Positions 19,576 to 30,281 of a DNA stretch of 64,000 nucleotides are shown here, in pieces. Below the pieces are notes generated by a model. That model saw only the letters and a list, made by a program, of their open reading frames with translations, did no database searches and was not told the DNA's origin. Both the position numbers and the translations under genes were made by a program. The stretch comes from Halarcobacter sp. (GTDB lineage: Bacteria; Campylobacterota; Campylobacteria; Campylobacterales; Arcobacteraceae): assembly GCA_963676565.1 (NCBI GenBank), contig OY781089.1, forward strand, positions 2,240,001 through 2,304,000, given 5' to 3'. Within the stretch, counting starts at the first letter, position 1, and the number at the start of each line of letters is the position of its first letter.

Positions 19576-20787
19576 TTATTTACTTTGATCAATAATGTAA
19601 TCAACGATTTTTTTGAACTCATCATCAGATAAATTCATTGCAGTTCCCTTAGGAGGCATTGCATTTATACCATTAATTGCATTATCATAAACTTCGTCAA
19701 TACCTTTTTCTAAAACACTTGCCCATGCAGCTTTATCACCTAATACTGGTGCTCCAATTGCTTTATTAGCATGACAAGCAGAACAATAAGTTGCATAATT
19801 TTCTGCTACAACTGGATCAACTCCACTTGCAACTTCTTTTTTAGGTTCTTTCCAAGTTCTTTCAACAGAAATTGGTTGATTAACAGTTGGAGCTAAATCA
19901 ACTTTTATTTTTAATAAAAGATCATCAACAGTTTTACCTTTACCATACTGTTTTTCAATACAATTACTCATACATCTTGTTCCCTTACCATAAATAGTTG
20001 GGTCAGATAAAAGCTTTTGCATATTTTTAGGCCCCTGATGTGGGTCTTTTGTATCTACTTCTGGGTAAAAACCATTTACATTTGGCATTACAATTTGATT
20101 AAAATTTTCTTTATTTAAAACAAATTCATAATCCATATCTTCACCATTTACTTTAATCCCATTTGAATAAAGTAAAAATGCTGTAATAGCATAAGTCTCA
20201 CTATGACTTAACGTTTTTGGTGCTGTAAAAGGCATAGAGTCCTTAATATACCACCATAAAGTACTCGCATATGGCCAATATGAACCAATAGTCTTAAGTG
20301 CTACATCTGGATTAGGATTTTCATCAGCTGGATTTAATCTTTGAATAACTAAATCTTTAGTTTTTCCACCTGCTAATGTAGGATACCCTTTACCACCTGC
20401 ACCAAACTCACCATGGCACATTGCACATTGTGCATCATATAATTCTTCTCCCCACTCCACTGAACCTTCAGCAATAGCAGGCTTTCCATTTTCATCTAAA
20501 ATTGGCTCACCAAGTTTCTCATCATATTTAGGTAGTCCCGTTCCATCTGGTCTTACATCAACATTCCATTTTTCAATTTCATTATGTGTAGCTTTTCTAC
20601 CATTGTTGTATTTAACTTTTTGATCATTAACATAGTATGGTCCGTATTTACCATCTTTTGTTGGGTATTTTACAGCACCATCAACAGACATATCACTACT
20701 TGCAACTAAAGAAGTAGCTAAAAGTGCAGATAATCCAAATCCTAGAACAATAGAACTAAGCTTTTTTGTGTTTTCTAATTTGAACAT
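19576..20787 (-). CDS. soxD: SoxD diheme cytochrome c
   Basis: DVRPDGTGLP, CAMCH, KTIGSYWPYASTL, CSACH. Confidence 0.93.
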   Translation of the reverse strand: MFKLENTKKLSSIVLGFGLSALLATSLVASSDMSVDGAVKYPTKDGKYGPYYVNDQKVKYNNGRKATHNEIEKWNVDVRPDGTGLPKYDEKLGEPILDENGKPAIAEGSVEWGEELYDAQCAMCHGEFGAGGKGYPTLAGGKTKDLVIQRLNPADENPNPDVALKTIGSYWPYASTLWWYIKDSMPFTAPKTLSHSETYAITAFLLYSNGIKVNGEDMDYEFVLNKENFNQIVMPNVNGFYPEVDTKDPHQGPKNMQKLLSDPTIYGKGTRCMSNCIEKQYGKGKTVDDLLLKIKVDLAPTVNQPISVERTWKEPKKEVASGVDPVVAENYATYCSACHANKAIGAPVLGDKAAWASVLEKGIDEVYDNAINGINAMPPKGTAMNLSDDEFKKIVDYIIDQSK

Positions 20788-22099
20788 TATTACACTCTCC
20801 TTTTTCAGTTATTTCCCAAGTTACAATAGCATTTCTATGGTAAACAGATTCAACACCAACTGCTGAAGTTTCTTGATCAATTGTTGGTTGAATATTTCCA
20901 AAGTCATCTCTTGCTCTAGAAGCCATTAATAATGGTTTTCCATCCCATTTCATAACATATGAAAATCTAGTCCATGATTTAGGTAAAACAAGACCTTTAA
21001 GTTTTGCTTCAACCCAATTATCACCACCATCTAAAGAGATATCAACTCCTGTAATAGTTCCGTGTCCTGTCCAAGCAATACCTTCAACCTCTACCATATC
21101 ACCTTTTTTCATGTGAGTCCATGGTTTTTCTGGACATGGAGAAGTAATTACTGAGTTAACTTCATTTACCCAGAAATATCTGATAGCTTTTCCACCTGGT
21201 TGAACCATAGTATATTTTGAAGTTTCTTCTTTAGAATGCCATGGCTTATCAGAAATTTCAAGTCTTCTTAACCATTTAGTGTTTAAGTTACCTTCCCATC
21301 CTGGAACAATAAGTCTAACAGGGTAACCTTGCTCAGCTCTTAAAGCTTCACCATTTTGTCCCCAAACTACCATAACATCATCTAATGCTTTTTCAACTGG
21401 AATAGTTCTAGGGTTTGAAGCATTATCACTACCTTCAGCAAGCATCCATACTGCATCTTTTTTCAGACCAACATCTTCTAAAATAGTTTTAAGCATTACT
21501 CCTGTCCACTCTGCAGCACTCATTAAACCTTTTTGAAATTGTAATGAATTAAACTGAGGACCTCTCCATTCTGGTGCTCCATTTGCTGGACACTCAATAA
21601 AGTAAATTCTACTTTCACTTGGATATTTTTTTAGATCGTCTAAAGTTAATACAACTTCTCTTTCTACTTGATCACCATGAATCATAAGTCTCCACTCTTT
21701 TGGATCCACGTGTGCAGTTCCTCCATGATCTCTTACAAAGAACAGACCATTAGGCGTTACAATACCTTCAGATTCATGAATTGGACACATCGCAACAGAT
21801 GCATAATAGTCACCAGAAGAAAATAAAGAGTGTGTTCTTCTAATATTATTATGTTCATATGGTGATGGTAATCCATATAAATTATGGTCAACTGGATCAC
21901 CTAGCTTTGTTCCCCATGGTGCTTCGTTCATGATTGCAGGATCATCAGCAGCTTTTAACTCAACAGGTGATAACACATTTGCTGCTGCTATTGCACCAAC
22001 AGAATATGCTGCAGTTTTTCTAAAAAAGTCTCTTCTACTTAATTTATCATCAGAAATAGTAGATAATTCTTTTTCAGAAGTCTTTGTTACTTTCGTCAT
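20756..22099 (-). CDS. soxC: Sulfane dehydrogenase molybdoprotein SoxC
   Basis: Tat signal SRRDFF; TPNGLFFVRDHGG, FIECPANG, EQGYPVRLIVPGWEG. Confidence 0.96.
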   Translation of the reverse strand: MTKVTKTSEKELSTISDDKLSRRDFFRKTAAYSVGAIAAANVLSPVELKAADDPAIMNEAPWGTKLGDPVDHNLYGLPSPYEHNNIRRTHSLFSSGDYYASVAMCPIHESEGIVTPNGLFFVRDHGGTAHVDPKEWRLMIHGDQVEREVVLTLDDLKKYPSESRIYFIECPANGAPEWRGPQFNSLQFQKGLMSAAEWTGVMLKTILEDVGLKKDAVWMLAEGSDNASNPRTIPVEKALDDVMVVWGQNGEALRAEQGYPVRLIVPGWEGNLNTKWLRRLEISDKPWHSKEETSKYTMVQPGGKAIRYFWVNEVNSVITSPCPEKPWTHMKKGDMVEVEGIAWTGHGTITGVDISLDGGDNWVEAKLKGLVLPKSWTRFSYVMKWDGKPLLMASRARDDFGNIQPTIDQETSAVGVESVYHRNAIVTWEITEKGECNNVQIRKHKKA

Positions 22100-22460
22100 T
22101 ATTCCTCCTTAGAAATTGGTTATATCATTTTAAGAAAAGTTAATTAAGTAAAAGTTATTTTAATTATAAGATTCGATACAAGCGAGCTTCTTAATTAGTT
22201 GTTAACTTTTTCTTATACATAACATAACAGCCAATTATATAAGATTTTCTTATACATTGATGTATCCATTATCGCCACTTTTTTGTCACTTGTCAATTAT
22301 TTTAAATTAAAAAAGAGTAATTCGTTTAGTTTTGTAACAATATAATCATAATTATAACGTTTATGTTATTTTTATGTCAAGAAATCTTAAAATAATCTTG
22401 CTAAAGTTACTTTTTTTATACCCTATGCTACTATAGCGCTACTATTACATGGAGATTTAT

Positions 22461-23681
22461 ATGAAAAGATTTATAAGTTATGATGAGTCATTAACAATTT
22501 TAAATAATATAATTTTTAAAGCCAAAACTAAGGAAAAATTATTTCTCACCAATTCTATCGGTAGAGTCTTAGCTTGCAATATTTCAGCGAATGAAAATTC
22601 ACCACAATACCCTACTTCAGCGATGGATGGATATGCAATAAAATTTGAAGATCAAAAAAGTGAGTTTATTGAGATAATTGATAAAAATCCAGCTGGAAGT
22701 GTTGTTGAATCTGAGGTATCAAATGGTGTTTGTATTAAAACTTTTACTGGTTCTTTAATTCCAAATGGTGCTGATACTTTAATACCAATTGAGAATGTTG
22801 AAGTTGAAGAAAATAAAATAAAAGTTATTAAAGAAGTACCTAAAGGTTTTTCAATTAGGGAGATTGGAGAAAACTATAAAAAGGATGAAGTTTTAATTAA
22901 AGAGGGAACAATTATTGGTTTTGCTGAAATTGGAGTACTTGCTTCTTTAAATATTTCACAAGTTCCTGTTTATTGTATGCCTACCGTTGCAATTGCTAGT
23001 ACAGGTAGTGAAATACTTGATTTAGGTGAAGAGCAAATAAATGAATCTCAAATTAGAAGTTCTAACCATTTAACGATTGAGGCTTTAGCAAAGAAAGCTG
23101 GGGCAGAAACTATTCAAATGGGTGTAGTAAAAGATGATATTGATTCTATTACTGATCTTTTAGAAAGTGGACTTAAGAAAGCTGATATAGTTGTTACAAC
23201 TGGGGGTGTTTCTGTTGGTGATTATGATTTTGTTCAAGATGTTATAAAAGAGAAATTAAATGCAGAAGTTCTTTTTCATGGTGTAACAGTAAAACCTGGT
23301 ATGCATATACTTTTAGCTAAAAAAGATGATAAGATTATATTAGCTTTACCTGGTTTTGCATACTCATCAACTGTTTGTGCAATTTTATATTTATTACCAC
23401 TTATTTATAAATATGAAGGAGCTAATAAAAAACTTCCAATAGTTAAAGCTAGAATAAACCAAGACTTCCCATTAAAGATGAAAAAAACAATCTTTACGGC
23501 TTGTAATGTAAAATATGAGAATAATGAATATTCAATTGATTTTGAAGGGAAAAAACAAGGTACCAGTGCAATATTAACTAATATGCTAGGAAATCCTGCA
23601 TTATTAATCCAAAAAGAAGATAGTAAAGATATAAAAGCAGAAGAATTAGTTGATATTCTTTTGTTAAATGAACTAAAATAA
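22461..23681 (+). CDS. moeA: Molybdopterin molybdotransferase
   Basis: SAMDGYA, STGSEI, TTGGVSVGDYD, KPG, LPG; start placed after the GGAG RBS. Confidence 0.94.
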   Translation: MKRFISYDESLTILNNIIFKAKTKEKLFLTNSIGRVLACNISANENSPQYPTSAMDGYAIKFEDQKSEFIEIIDKNPAGSVVESEVSNGVCIKTFTGSLIPNGADTLIPIENVEVEENKIKVIKEVPKGFSIREIGENYKKDEVLIKEGTIIGFAEIGVLASLNISQVPVYCMPTVAIASTGSEILDLGEEQINESQIRSSNHLTIEALAKKAGAETIQMGVVKDDIDSITDLLESGLKKADIVVTTGGVSVGDYDFVQDVIKEKLNAEVLFHGVTVKPGMHILLAKKDDKIILALPGFAYSSTVCAILYLLPLIYKYEGANKKLPIVKARINQDFPLKMKKTIFTACNVKYENNEYSIDFEGKKQGTSAILTNMLGNPALLIQKEDSKDIKAEELVDILLLNELK

Positions 23682-24584
23682 ATGACTACTCAAAAAGTTT
23701 ATATTTTATTAGCACTTTGTGTTTTATTTTGGTCAGGAAATTTTATTTTAGGAAGATTTGTTAGTTCTAATATTCAACCATTAGAACTAGCTTTCTTTAG
23801 ATGGCTTTTTGTTTTAGTATTAACAACTCCTTTGCTGATATTTCTTGATTTAAAAAAAATCATTAAAGTATACAAAGAAAACTTTTTCTTTCTAACTTTA
23901 TGCTCATTTTTAGGGATTACTTTATTTAATACCTTTTTATATATTGCTTTAAATTATACTACAGCAACTAATGCCCTTTTGATTAATTCGATTATTCCAA
24001 TTTTAATTTTGGTATTTTCTTTTCTAATTTTAAAAACTAGAATATCAAAAGTTCAATTATTTGGAATATTATTATCAACTTTTGGAGTGATATTTTTGGT
24101 ATTAAAAGGAGATATCTCTTCAATCTTAAATTTAAGCTTTTCTAGGGGAGATTTGTGGGTTGTTGCTAGTTCTATTGTTTGGGCTACTTACTCTACAATA
24201 ATAAAATTAAAACCTAAAGAGTTGAATCATCTTGAGCTATTCCTTACAATAATTTATGTTGGTTTTGCCCTTTTACTTCCTTGGTATTTATACCAAGATT
24301 ATACGATAGAAAGAGAGATAATGATATTAAAAGAAAATTGGTATTTCTTTTTATATGTTTCAGTTTTTGCTTCTTTATTATCTTTTTATTTTTGGCACAC
24401 AGGAATTGATACTATTGGAGCTGAAAAAACAGGTCAATTTACACACCTAATGCCAATTTTTGGTGCAACTTTAGCATTTATTTTTTTAGGCGAAAGATTA
24501 GAGTCTTTTCATTTTGTTGGAGCTATATTTATAGCTATAGGTATTTATTTATCTTTATTTTTAAAAAGAAGAAACTGTGAATAA
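23682..24584 (+). CDS. DMT/EamA transporter
   Basis: FWSGNF, AFFRW; multi-TM. Confidence 0.88.
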   Translation: MTTQKVYILLALCVLFWSGNFILGRFVSSNIQPLELAFFRWLFVLVLTTPLLIFLDLKKIIKVYKENFFFLTLCSFLGITLFNTFLYIALNYTTATNALLINSIIPILILVFSFLILKTRISKVQLFGILLSTFGVIFLVLKGDISSILNLSFSRGDLWVVASSIVWATYSTIIKLKPKELNHLELFLTIIYVGFALLLPWYLYQDYTIEREIMILKENWYFFLYVSVFASLLSFYFWHTGIDTIGAEKTGQFTHLMPIFGATLAFIFLGERLESFHFVGAIFIAIGIYLSLFLKRRNCE

Positions 24585-25464
24585 AAAATTTTTTTATATT
24601 ATGATGATTTTCTCAATGATATTTTGGGGCGCTTCTTGGGTAAATGTTAAGTTTTTAACAAATTATATCAACGCATATGAGGTAGTGTTTTTCAGAATGG
24701 GAATCTCAATTTTAGCAATGGTTCCTATAATGGTTTACTTGAAACAAGACTTTAGAGTAAATCTAAAATCAGCTGGATTGATTCTTTTAGCTTCATTAAT
24801 ACTACTTTTATACTCAATTATGTTTTTTCTTGGTGTAAAAAATGGTACAGCTGGACTTGGAGGAGCATTAGTTACAACATTAATCCCAATCAATACCTTT
24901 GTTATATTAGCCCTTTGGCATAAAAAAACGATATCATTAAAGCATTCCTTTGCTCTTATTTTAGGTGGTTTTGGAGTTATAACTATGTTAAATATTTGGC
25001 AATTTAATATAAATGAAATTTTCTCAATACAAAATATATATTTTCTTTTAGCCTCTATACTTTGGCCTTTACTAACAATTACAAGTTCAAAAGCAAGTAA
25101 AATTTCACCCTTTGTATTTACCTTCTATGTATATGCAATAACAACAATTATAGTGGGTGGTTTTTTTATCGATTTTAATATAGTTACTAAAATAGTTAAT
25201 TTTGACAATGTATTCTGGATTAATCTTATTAGTATTAGTTTACTTTCAACAACTTTTGCTACATCTTTTTATTTTGTTGGCACTGAAAAACTTGGAACAA
25301 AGAAAGTTAGTTCATTTATATTTTTGGTACCCTCTTCTGCACTAATTTTAAGTGCAATCTTTTTAAATGAAAAGATTAGCTTCAATACATTAATTGGAAC
25401 AATTTGTGCTGTTGTAGCTATTTATATACTAAATGATTTAAAAATAAAAACCTTCTTTAAGTAA
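24577..25464 (+). CDS. DMT/EamA transporter
   Basis: FWGASW, VFFRM; multi-TM. Confidence 0.85.
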   Translation: MNKKFFYIMMIFSMIFWGASWVNVKFLTNYINAYEVVFFRMGISILAMVPIMVYLKQDFRVNLKSAGLILLASLILLLYSIMFFLGVKNGTAGLGGALVTTLIPINTFVILALWHKKTISLKHSFALILGGFGVITMLNIWQFNINEIFSIQNIYFLLASILWPLLTITSSKASKISPFVFTFYVYAITTIIVGGFFIDFNIVTKIVNFDNVFWINLISISLLSTTFATSFYFVGTEKLGTKKVSSFIFLVPSSALILSAIFLNEKISFNTLIGTICAVVAIYILNDLKIKTFFK

Positions 25465-26037
25465 TTAGAGAAGGTTTTCTTTTCTAACACCTTCAAGAAA
25501 CCCTTCATAAGTTCTTATTTCAAAATCTTTGTTTTTCTTTTTGTAGTTCTTTAAAATTGATTTTGCAAGATTTTTCGCATTTTGTTTTACTATATTGCAA
25601 TCATTTCTAACTTTTTCTATTTTAGGTAATTGTTTTTCTATTTCCAAAGCAGCATCAACTGCAAAAGAGGTATTCTTATCTAGATATTTTTTTAAGATTT
25701 TATAATACCTTTGAAAAACAGCCCTTGTTCCTTCAGGTGCTTTATAGTTACTTGCAAGTTTTGGGACAAAATATGTTATATCAACTTTTGTTTTAGCTTG
25801 AGATATAGAACAAATACCATTTTTTCTAACTGTTTTATAAAAATATTTAATTTTCCAATTGACTGTACCATGTCTTACATTTCCATTATTATAAAGAGGA
25901 GAAGTTTCATCCATACTATCTTCAAGTTTATGTTTATTTAATGGATAAATATCATAATAACTAAAATGTTTTTTAACAATAGGTTTTGCATCTAAAATGG
26001 TGCAAAATACTAGGATTAAGAATATAAACCTATTCAT
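25465..26037 (-). CDS. DUF922-like secreted protein
   Basis: YYDI..., G.VNW, CSIS..KVDITY.VP; the expected HExxH is absent. Confidence 0.55.
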   Translation of the reverse strand: MNRFIFLILVFCTILDAKPIVKKHFSYYDIYPLNKHKLEDSMDETSPLYNNGNVRHGTVNWKIKYFYKTVRKNGICSISQAKTKVDITYFVPKLASNYKAPEGTRAVFQRYYKILKKYLDKNTSFAVDAALEIEKQLPKIEKVRNDCNIVKQNAKNLAKSILKNYKKKNKDFEIRTYEGFLEGVRKENLL

Positions 26038-27355
26038 CTAACAACTTTGTTGTATCAATTTTCTTTTTTGCTTTTACACCAAGTTCTATGAACTCTTCAC
26101 TTCGCCTAAGAAGATTACCTTTACCTAAACTTAGTTTTTTCATAGCTTCATCGTAAGATTTTTGTGTTCTAGTAATATTTACGCCTATAGTTTCAATATC
26201 ATTTACAAAACTTGCAAACTTGTCGTATAAATCTGCAGCTTTTTTTGAAATTATTAATGCATTTTCATTTTGATGTTCATATCTCCAAATATTTTCAACT
26301 GTTCTAAGTGTTGCAAAAAGTGTTGAGGGAGAAACCAACATAATATTGTTTTCAAAGGCTGTTTTAAAAAGATTATTATCTTTTGATGCTGCAAGCATAA
26401 AAGCACCTTCAATTGGAATAAACATAAGAACAAAGTCTAATGTATTAACAGCATCAATATTTTCATAACTTTTTACACTAAGACCTTTAATATGAGCATA
26501 AATAGATTTTACTAACTCTTTTGTAGCTAATTCTCTTTCAACTTCATCATTAGATTCAGTAAATTTTAAATAGGCATTTAAACTAACCTTTGAATCTATA
26601 ACTATATCTTTATTAGCTGGTAAATGAACAATAACATCAGGTCTTAATCTTTTCCCTTCATTATCAGTAAAAGAGCCTTGCGTAGTGTATTCAATACCTT
26701 CTCTAAGACCTGTTTGTTCAAGTATTTTAGAAAGAATCAACTCTCCCCAATCGCCTTGTGTTTTATTTTCACCTTTTAAAGCTTTTGTTAAATTAATAGC
26801 ATCTTGTGAAATTTGATTGTTTAAATCTTTTAAGTTCTTTATTTCTGTTAAAAGTGAAGTTCTTTGTTTTGTTTCTTCACTATATATATCATTTACTCTT
26901 TTTCCAAACATATTTAACTGCTCTTTAAAAGGTGTTAACATTTGATTTAAATTAGTATTTGATTTTTTAGTATTCTCTTCAAAAAGTTTGTTTGCTAAGT
27001 TTTCAAATTCTTGTTTTAAACTCTCTTTAGAGTTTTCTAAAAGTTCAATTTTTTCTTTTAGATTTTCTTCTTTTATCGCAAATTCATTTTTTAACTGTTC
27101 TTGCTGAATATGTGCTTTACTTCTTTCAAACTCTAAATTATCTAAAAATTTAGATTCAAGTAGTTCTGCTTTTTCAATATTTGAATCTTTTTGAAATATT
27201 AAGTCATTTTCTAATTTTAAAATTGAATTTTCACTAAAAATAAGTTTTTCTTCTAAAAGATTGATTTTTTGTCTTAGAATCAACCAAATTATTAAACCAC
27301 CAAGAATCAGCCCTAGAAGAGCTGAAACGATAGCTAATACATTAATATTATCCAT
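26030..27355 (-). CDS. rmuC: DNA recombination protein RmuC
   Basis: KTQGDWGE, RPDVIVHLP, IDSKVSL, DFVLMFIPIE, VSPSTL. Confidence 0.95.
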   Translation of the reverse strand: MDNINVLAIVSALLGLILGGLIIWLILRQKINLLEEKLIFSENSILKLENDLIFQKDSNIEKAELLESKFLDNLEFERSKAHIQQEQLKNEFAIKEENLKEKIELLENSKESLKQEFENLANKLFEENTKKSNTNLNQMLTPFKEQLNMFGKRVNDIYSEETKQRTSLLTEIKNLKDLNNQISQDAINLTKALKGENKTQGDWGELILSKILEQTGLREGIEYTTQGSFTDNEGKRLRPDVIVHLPANKDIVIDSKVSLNAYLKFTESNDEVERELATKELVKSIYAHIKGLSVKSYENIDAVNTLDFVLMFIPIEGAFMLAASKDNNLFKTAFENNIMLVSPSTLFATLRTVENIWRYEHQNENALIISKKAADLYDKFASFVNDIETIGVNITRTQKSYDEAMKKLSLGKGNLLRRSEEFIELGVKAKKKIDTTKLLDE

Positions 27356-28607
27356 GAGTTTTTAAATTAAATATACTGTCTTTCAAAGCTTCGTCATCGT
27401 TGTTTTGATGTACATCATAACCTAATTCTTTAAATCTTTCCACTAATGGTGGATGAGAGTAATAAAAGAATATATAAAGAGGGTGAGAAAGTGGAAATGA
27501 TTTATTTTCATTTGCAAGTTTCAAAAGAGCACTGATTAAATCTTCTTTTGATTGCATATTTGATCCAAATTCATCTGCTGCATATTCGTTGTGTCTACTA
27601 ATAAGTGAGATTAAAGGCATTAAGAAAAATGATAAAATAGGAGAAAAAATTAAAAATACTATAATTATTGCATATGCTTCATTTTGAAGTTTTAATCCTA
27701 AGAATATCTCTTCACTTATGTTTCCAAAAATCGCAAAAAATACAAACATCACAAAACCCATAATTCCAATATTTTTAACAATATCACCATTTTTAAAGTG
27801 ACCTAGTTCGTGACCTAAAACAGCAAGTAATTCATTATGAGAAAGTTTTTCAATTAAAGTATCAAATAAAACTACTCTTTTTGTACTTCCTAGTCCACCA
27901 AAATAAGCATTTAATCTATTGTCTCTTTTACTTGCATCAACAGAAAATACTCCAGAACTTTTAAATCCAACACCATCCAAAAGATTTTCGATTTTTGTTT
28001 CTAATTCTTTATCTTTTAAAGGTTCAAACTTATCAAACATTTTATCTCTAATAACTGGATATAACATATTTATTGCAATAATTACTGCAAAGATAAAAAC
28101 GAATCCCCAAATCCACCATGAACTTAAACTATTAATAATCCATGAGATAACTGCAATAACAGCAGACCCAAATACTAAAAACAAAACTCCTGTTTTTACT
28201 GTATCTTTAATAAATAAAGCTGGCGTCATATTAGAAAAACCATATTTCTTATCAAGTTTAAAAGTTGAATATAAATCAAATGGAAGTCCTAAAATCCAGT
28301 TGATTATAATAAATAAATTTACAAATACAACTGCTTTTAAAATAGTTGATTCAAAGGTAACTAAAGAATCTAATATATTTAGACCTGACCCAATCCAAAA
28401 TATGAAAATCAGAAAACTATAAAAAGATGAAACTATTGCAATCTTTTCTTTTTCAATTGTGTAATTTGCAGCCACTTCATATTTTTCATTATCTAATATA
28501 ATTGGTTGAAGTTTTTTTGCGTTTTTAACAAATCCTATTTGCATAAATGATGTGTATATTGTTAGAAAAAAATATAGGCAATAACCCAAAACAAATATTT
28601 CTAGCAC
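27348..28607 (-). CDS. M48 (Ste24-like) zinc peptidase
   Basis: NAYFGG, HELGH, EYAAD, YSHPPLVER. Confidence 0.92.
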   Translation of the reverse strand: MLEIFVLGYCLYFFLTIYTSFMQIGFVKNAKKLQPIILDNEKYEVAANYTIEKEKIAIVSSFYSFLIFIFWIGSGLNILDSLVTFESTILKAVVFVNLFIIINWILGLPFDLYSTFKLDKKYGFSNMTPALFIKDTVKTGVLFLVFGSAVIAVISWIINSLSSWWIWGFVFIFAVIIAINMLYPVIRDKMFDKFEPLKDKELETKIENLLDGVGFKSSGVFSVDASKRDNRLNAYFGGLGSTKRVVLFDTLIEKLSHNELLAVLGHELGHFKNGDIVKNIGIMGFVMFVFFAIFGNISEEIFLGLKLQNEAYAIIIVFLIFSPILSFFLMPLISLISRHNEYAADEFGSNMQSKEDLISALLKLANENKSFPLSHPLYIFFYYSHPPLVERFKELGYDVHQNNDDEALKDSIFNLKTHG

Positions 28608-28677
28608 AGAATAATCCTTTAACTATTATTTTTGGGTATTTTATCGTATTAAACTTGTTGTAAATTAAATTGTATAA

Positions 28678-29688
28678 TTAGTTCTCTTTTTCAGAACTAT
28701 CTTTAAATAAAACAACTTTATTTCTACCACTTCTTTTTGCTTCATAAAGTGCTAAATCTGCTCTATGTAATATCGCTTCTAAATCTATATCATCAGGGCT
28801 TAGTATTGCAACTCCTATACTTACAGTAAATCTAATTTTTTCATTTTTTTGTGTAAGATATTCAGAGTTTTCAATCTCAAATCTAATATTCTCTGCTGCT
28901 TTTAAGGCACCTCTTTCTGAAGTGTTAGGTAATACAGCTGCAAACTCTTCTCCACCTAATCTTCCAAAAATATCAGATTTTCTTAAAGTATTTTCTGTTT
29001 TTGAAGACATAAGTTTGATAACTTCATCACCAATTGAGTGGCCATAAATGTCATTTATCATTTTAAACTTATCAATATCAATCATTAAAACTGCTAATTT
29101 TTTACCTTCTCTTCTTGTGTATTTAATCATAGGAGCTGATGATTCATAAAAAGCTCTTCTATTATTTACACCACATAATGAATCAGTAGTAGCTAAAATT
29201 TCAAGTTTTACATTTATATCATTAAGTTCTCTAGTTCTTTTTTCAACTGCACTTTCTAAAACTTTTTGATAATCTTTAAGTCTTCTATCTTGGGCGTTTT
29301 GTTTAATTGCTTCTAAAATTATAAGTTCAAAATCGATTCTTTCAAATCTTCTTGGAATCATTTGATAAATTGTAGCTTCATTTATAATTCTTTCTAAAGA
29401 AGAAACATTACAAACTTCTTTAAAAAGTATATTTTTTGTATTAGGAGAGTTTTTATGTAATTCAATAATAAAATCGTCTAAAGACATATCGGATCTATTA
29501 TTTCCAATTATTGAAATCAATATTTCATTACCTGCAATGATATAATTGTAACAGCTAATTAATGCTTGTTCTGCATTTACATAACTTTCAATTATATAAT
29601 CACTATCAACAATTCTTGAAATTTTGTTATATAAAGAATCTAAAATCTCAACATCACTTTCAATACATGCTATTACAAATTTACCCAT
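28678..29688 (-). CDS. Diguanylate cyclase with a degenerate receiver-like N-terminus
   Basis: DIDKFKMIND.YGH..GD, RKSD I-site, GGEEF. Confidence 0.9.
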   Translation of the reverse strand: MGKFVIACIESDVEILDSLYNKISRIVDSDYIIESYVNAEQALISCYNYIIAGNEILISIIGNNRSDMSLDDFIIELHKNSPNTKNILFKEVCNVSSLERIINEATIYQMIPRRFERIDFELIILEAIKQNAQDRRLKDYQKVLESAVEKRTRELNDINVKLEILATTDSLCGVNNRRAFYESSAPMIKYTRREGKKLAVLMIDIDKFKMINDIYGHSIGDEVIKLMSSKTENTLRKSDIFGRLGGEEFAAVLPNTSERGALKAAENIRFEIENSEYLTQKNEKIRFTVSIGVAILSPDDIDLEAILHRADLALYEAKRSGRNKVVLFKDSSEKEN

Positions 29689-29851
29689 TTAAAAATTTTC
29701 CTAATTAAAGTTTAAGGATTTTAGCTTTTTTCATATTAAAACTTAAGTAAACAATTATTAATAAATATATAATAAAGTTATCTTTTTATTATAAAATATA
29801 CTTATTCTAAATAAATGTTGATAAATTCGCTTGTGATAATAAAATGTTTTA

Positions 29852-30220
29852 TTATATTAAATTAAAAATTTCTGAAATTTCTTTAGGTATTTTTGTAGGC
29901 TTGTAATCTTTTAGATATGCAAGTTTAATTTTTGCAGTAAAAAGTAACTCATCTTCTCTAAATATTTCATGCATAACCTCTAATGATGCAGCTTTTTTTG
30001 ATAAAAGTTTAGTTGTTACTTCTAATTCATCTGCAAATGTTGCTGATTTGATATAATCTGCTTCAACTTTTTTTACCACAAAGAATTCATTATCATTATG
30101 AGGAGATAAACCTTTTTCAAAAAATATTTCACTTCTTGCTCTTTCACAAAACTTCAAATAATTTGCATAATATACAACACCGCCAATATCTGTATCTTCA
30201 TAATAGACTCTAATTTTCAT
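29852..30220 (-). CDS. ybgC: Acyl-CoA thioesterase YbgC
   Basis: RVYYEDTDIGGVVYYANYLKFCERAR. Confidence 0.9.
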   Translation of the reverse strand: MKIRVYYEDTDIGGVVYYANYLKFCERARSEIFFEKGLSPHNDNEFFVVKKVEADYIKSATFADELEVTTKLLSKKAASLEVMHEIFREDELLFTAKIKLAYLKDYKPTKIPKEISEIFNLI

Positions 30221-30248
30221 TTCTTTTACTTTAAATTAATTTTCTAAT

Positions 30249-30281
30249 AAGTAAGTATAGGGAAAACCCCTATACTTACTT
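30249..30281 (-). terminator. Hairpin after tas
   Basis: AAGTAAGTATAGGG-AAAAC-CCCTATACTTACTT perfect stem. Confidence 0.65.
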
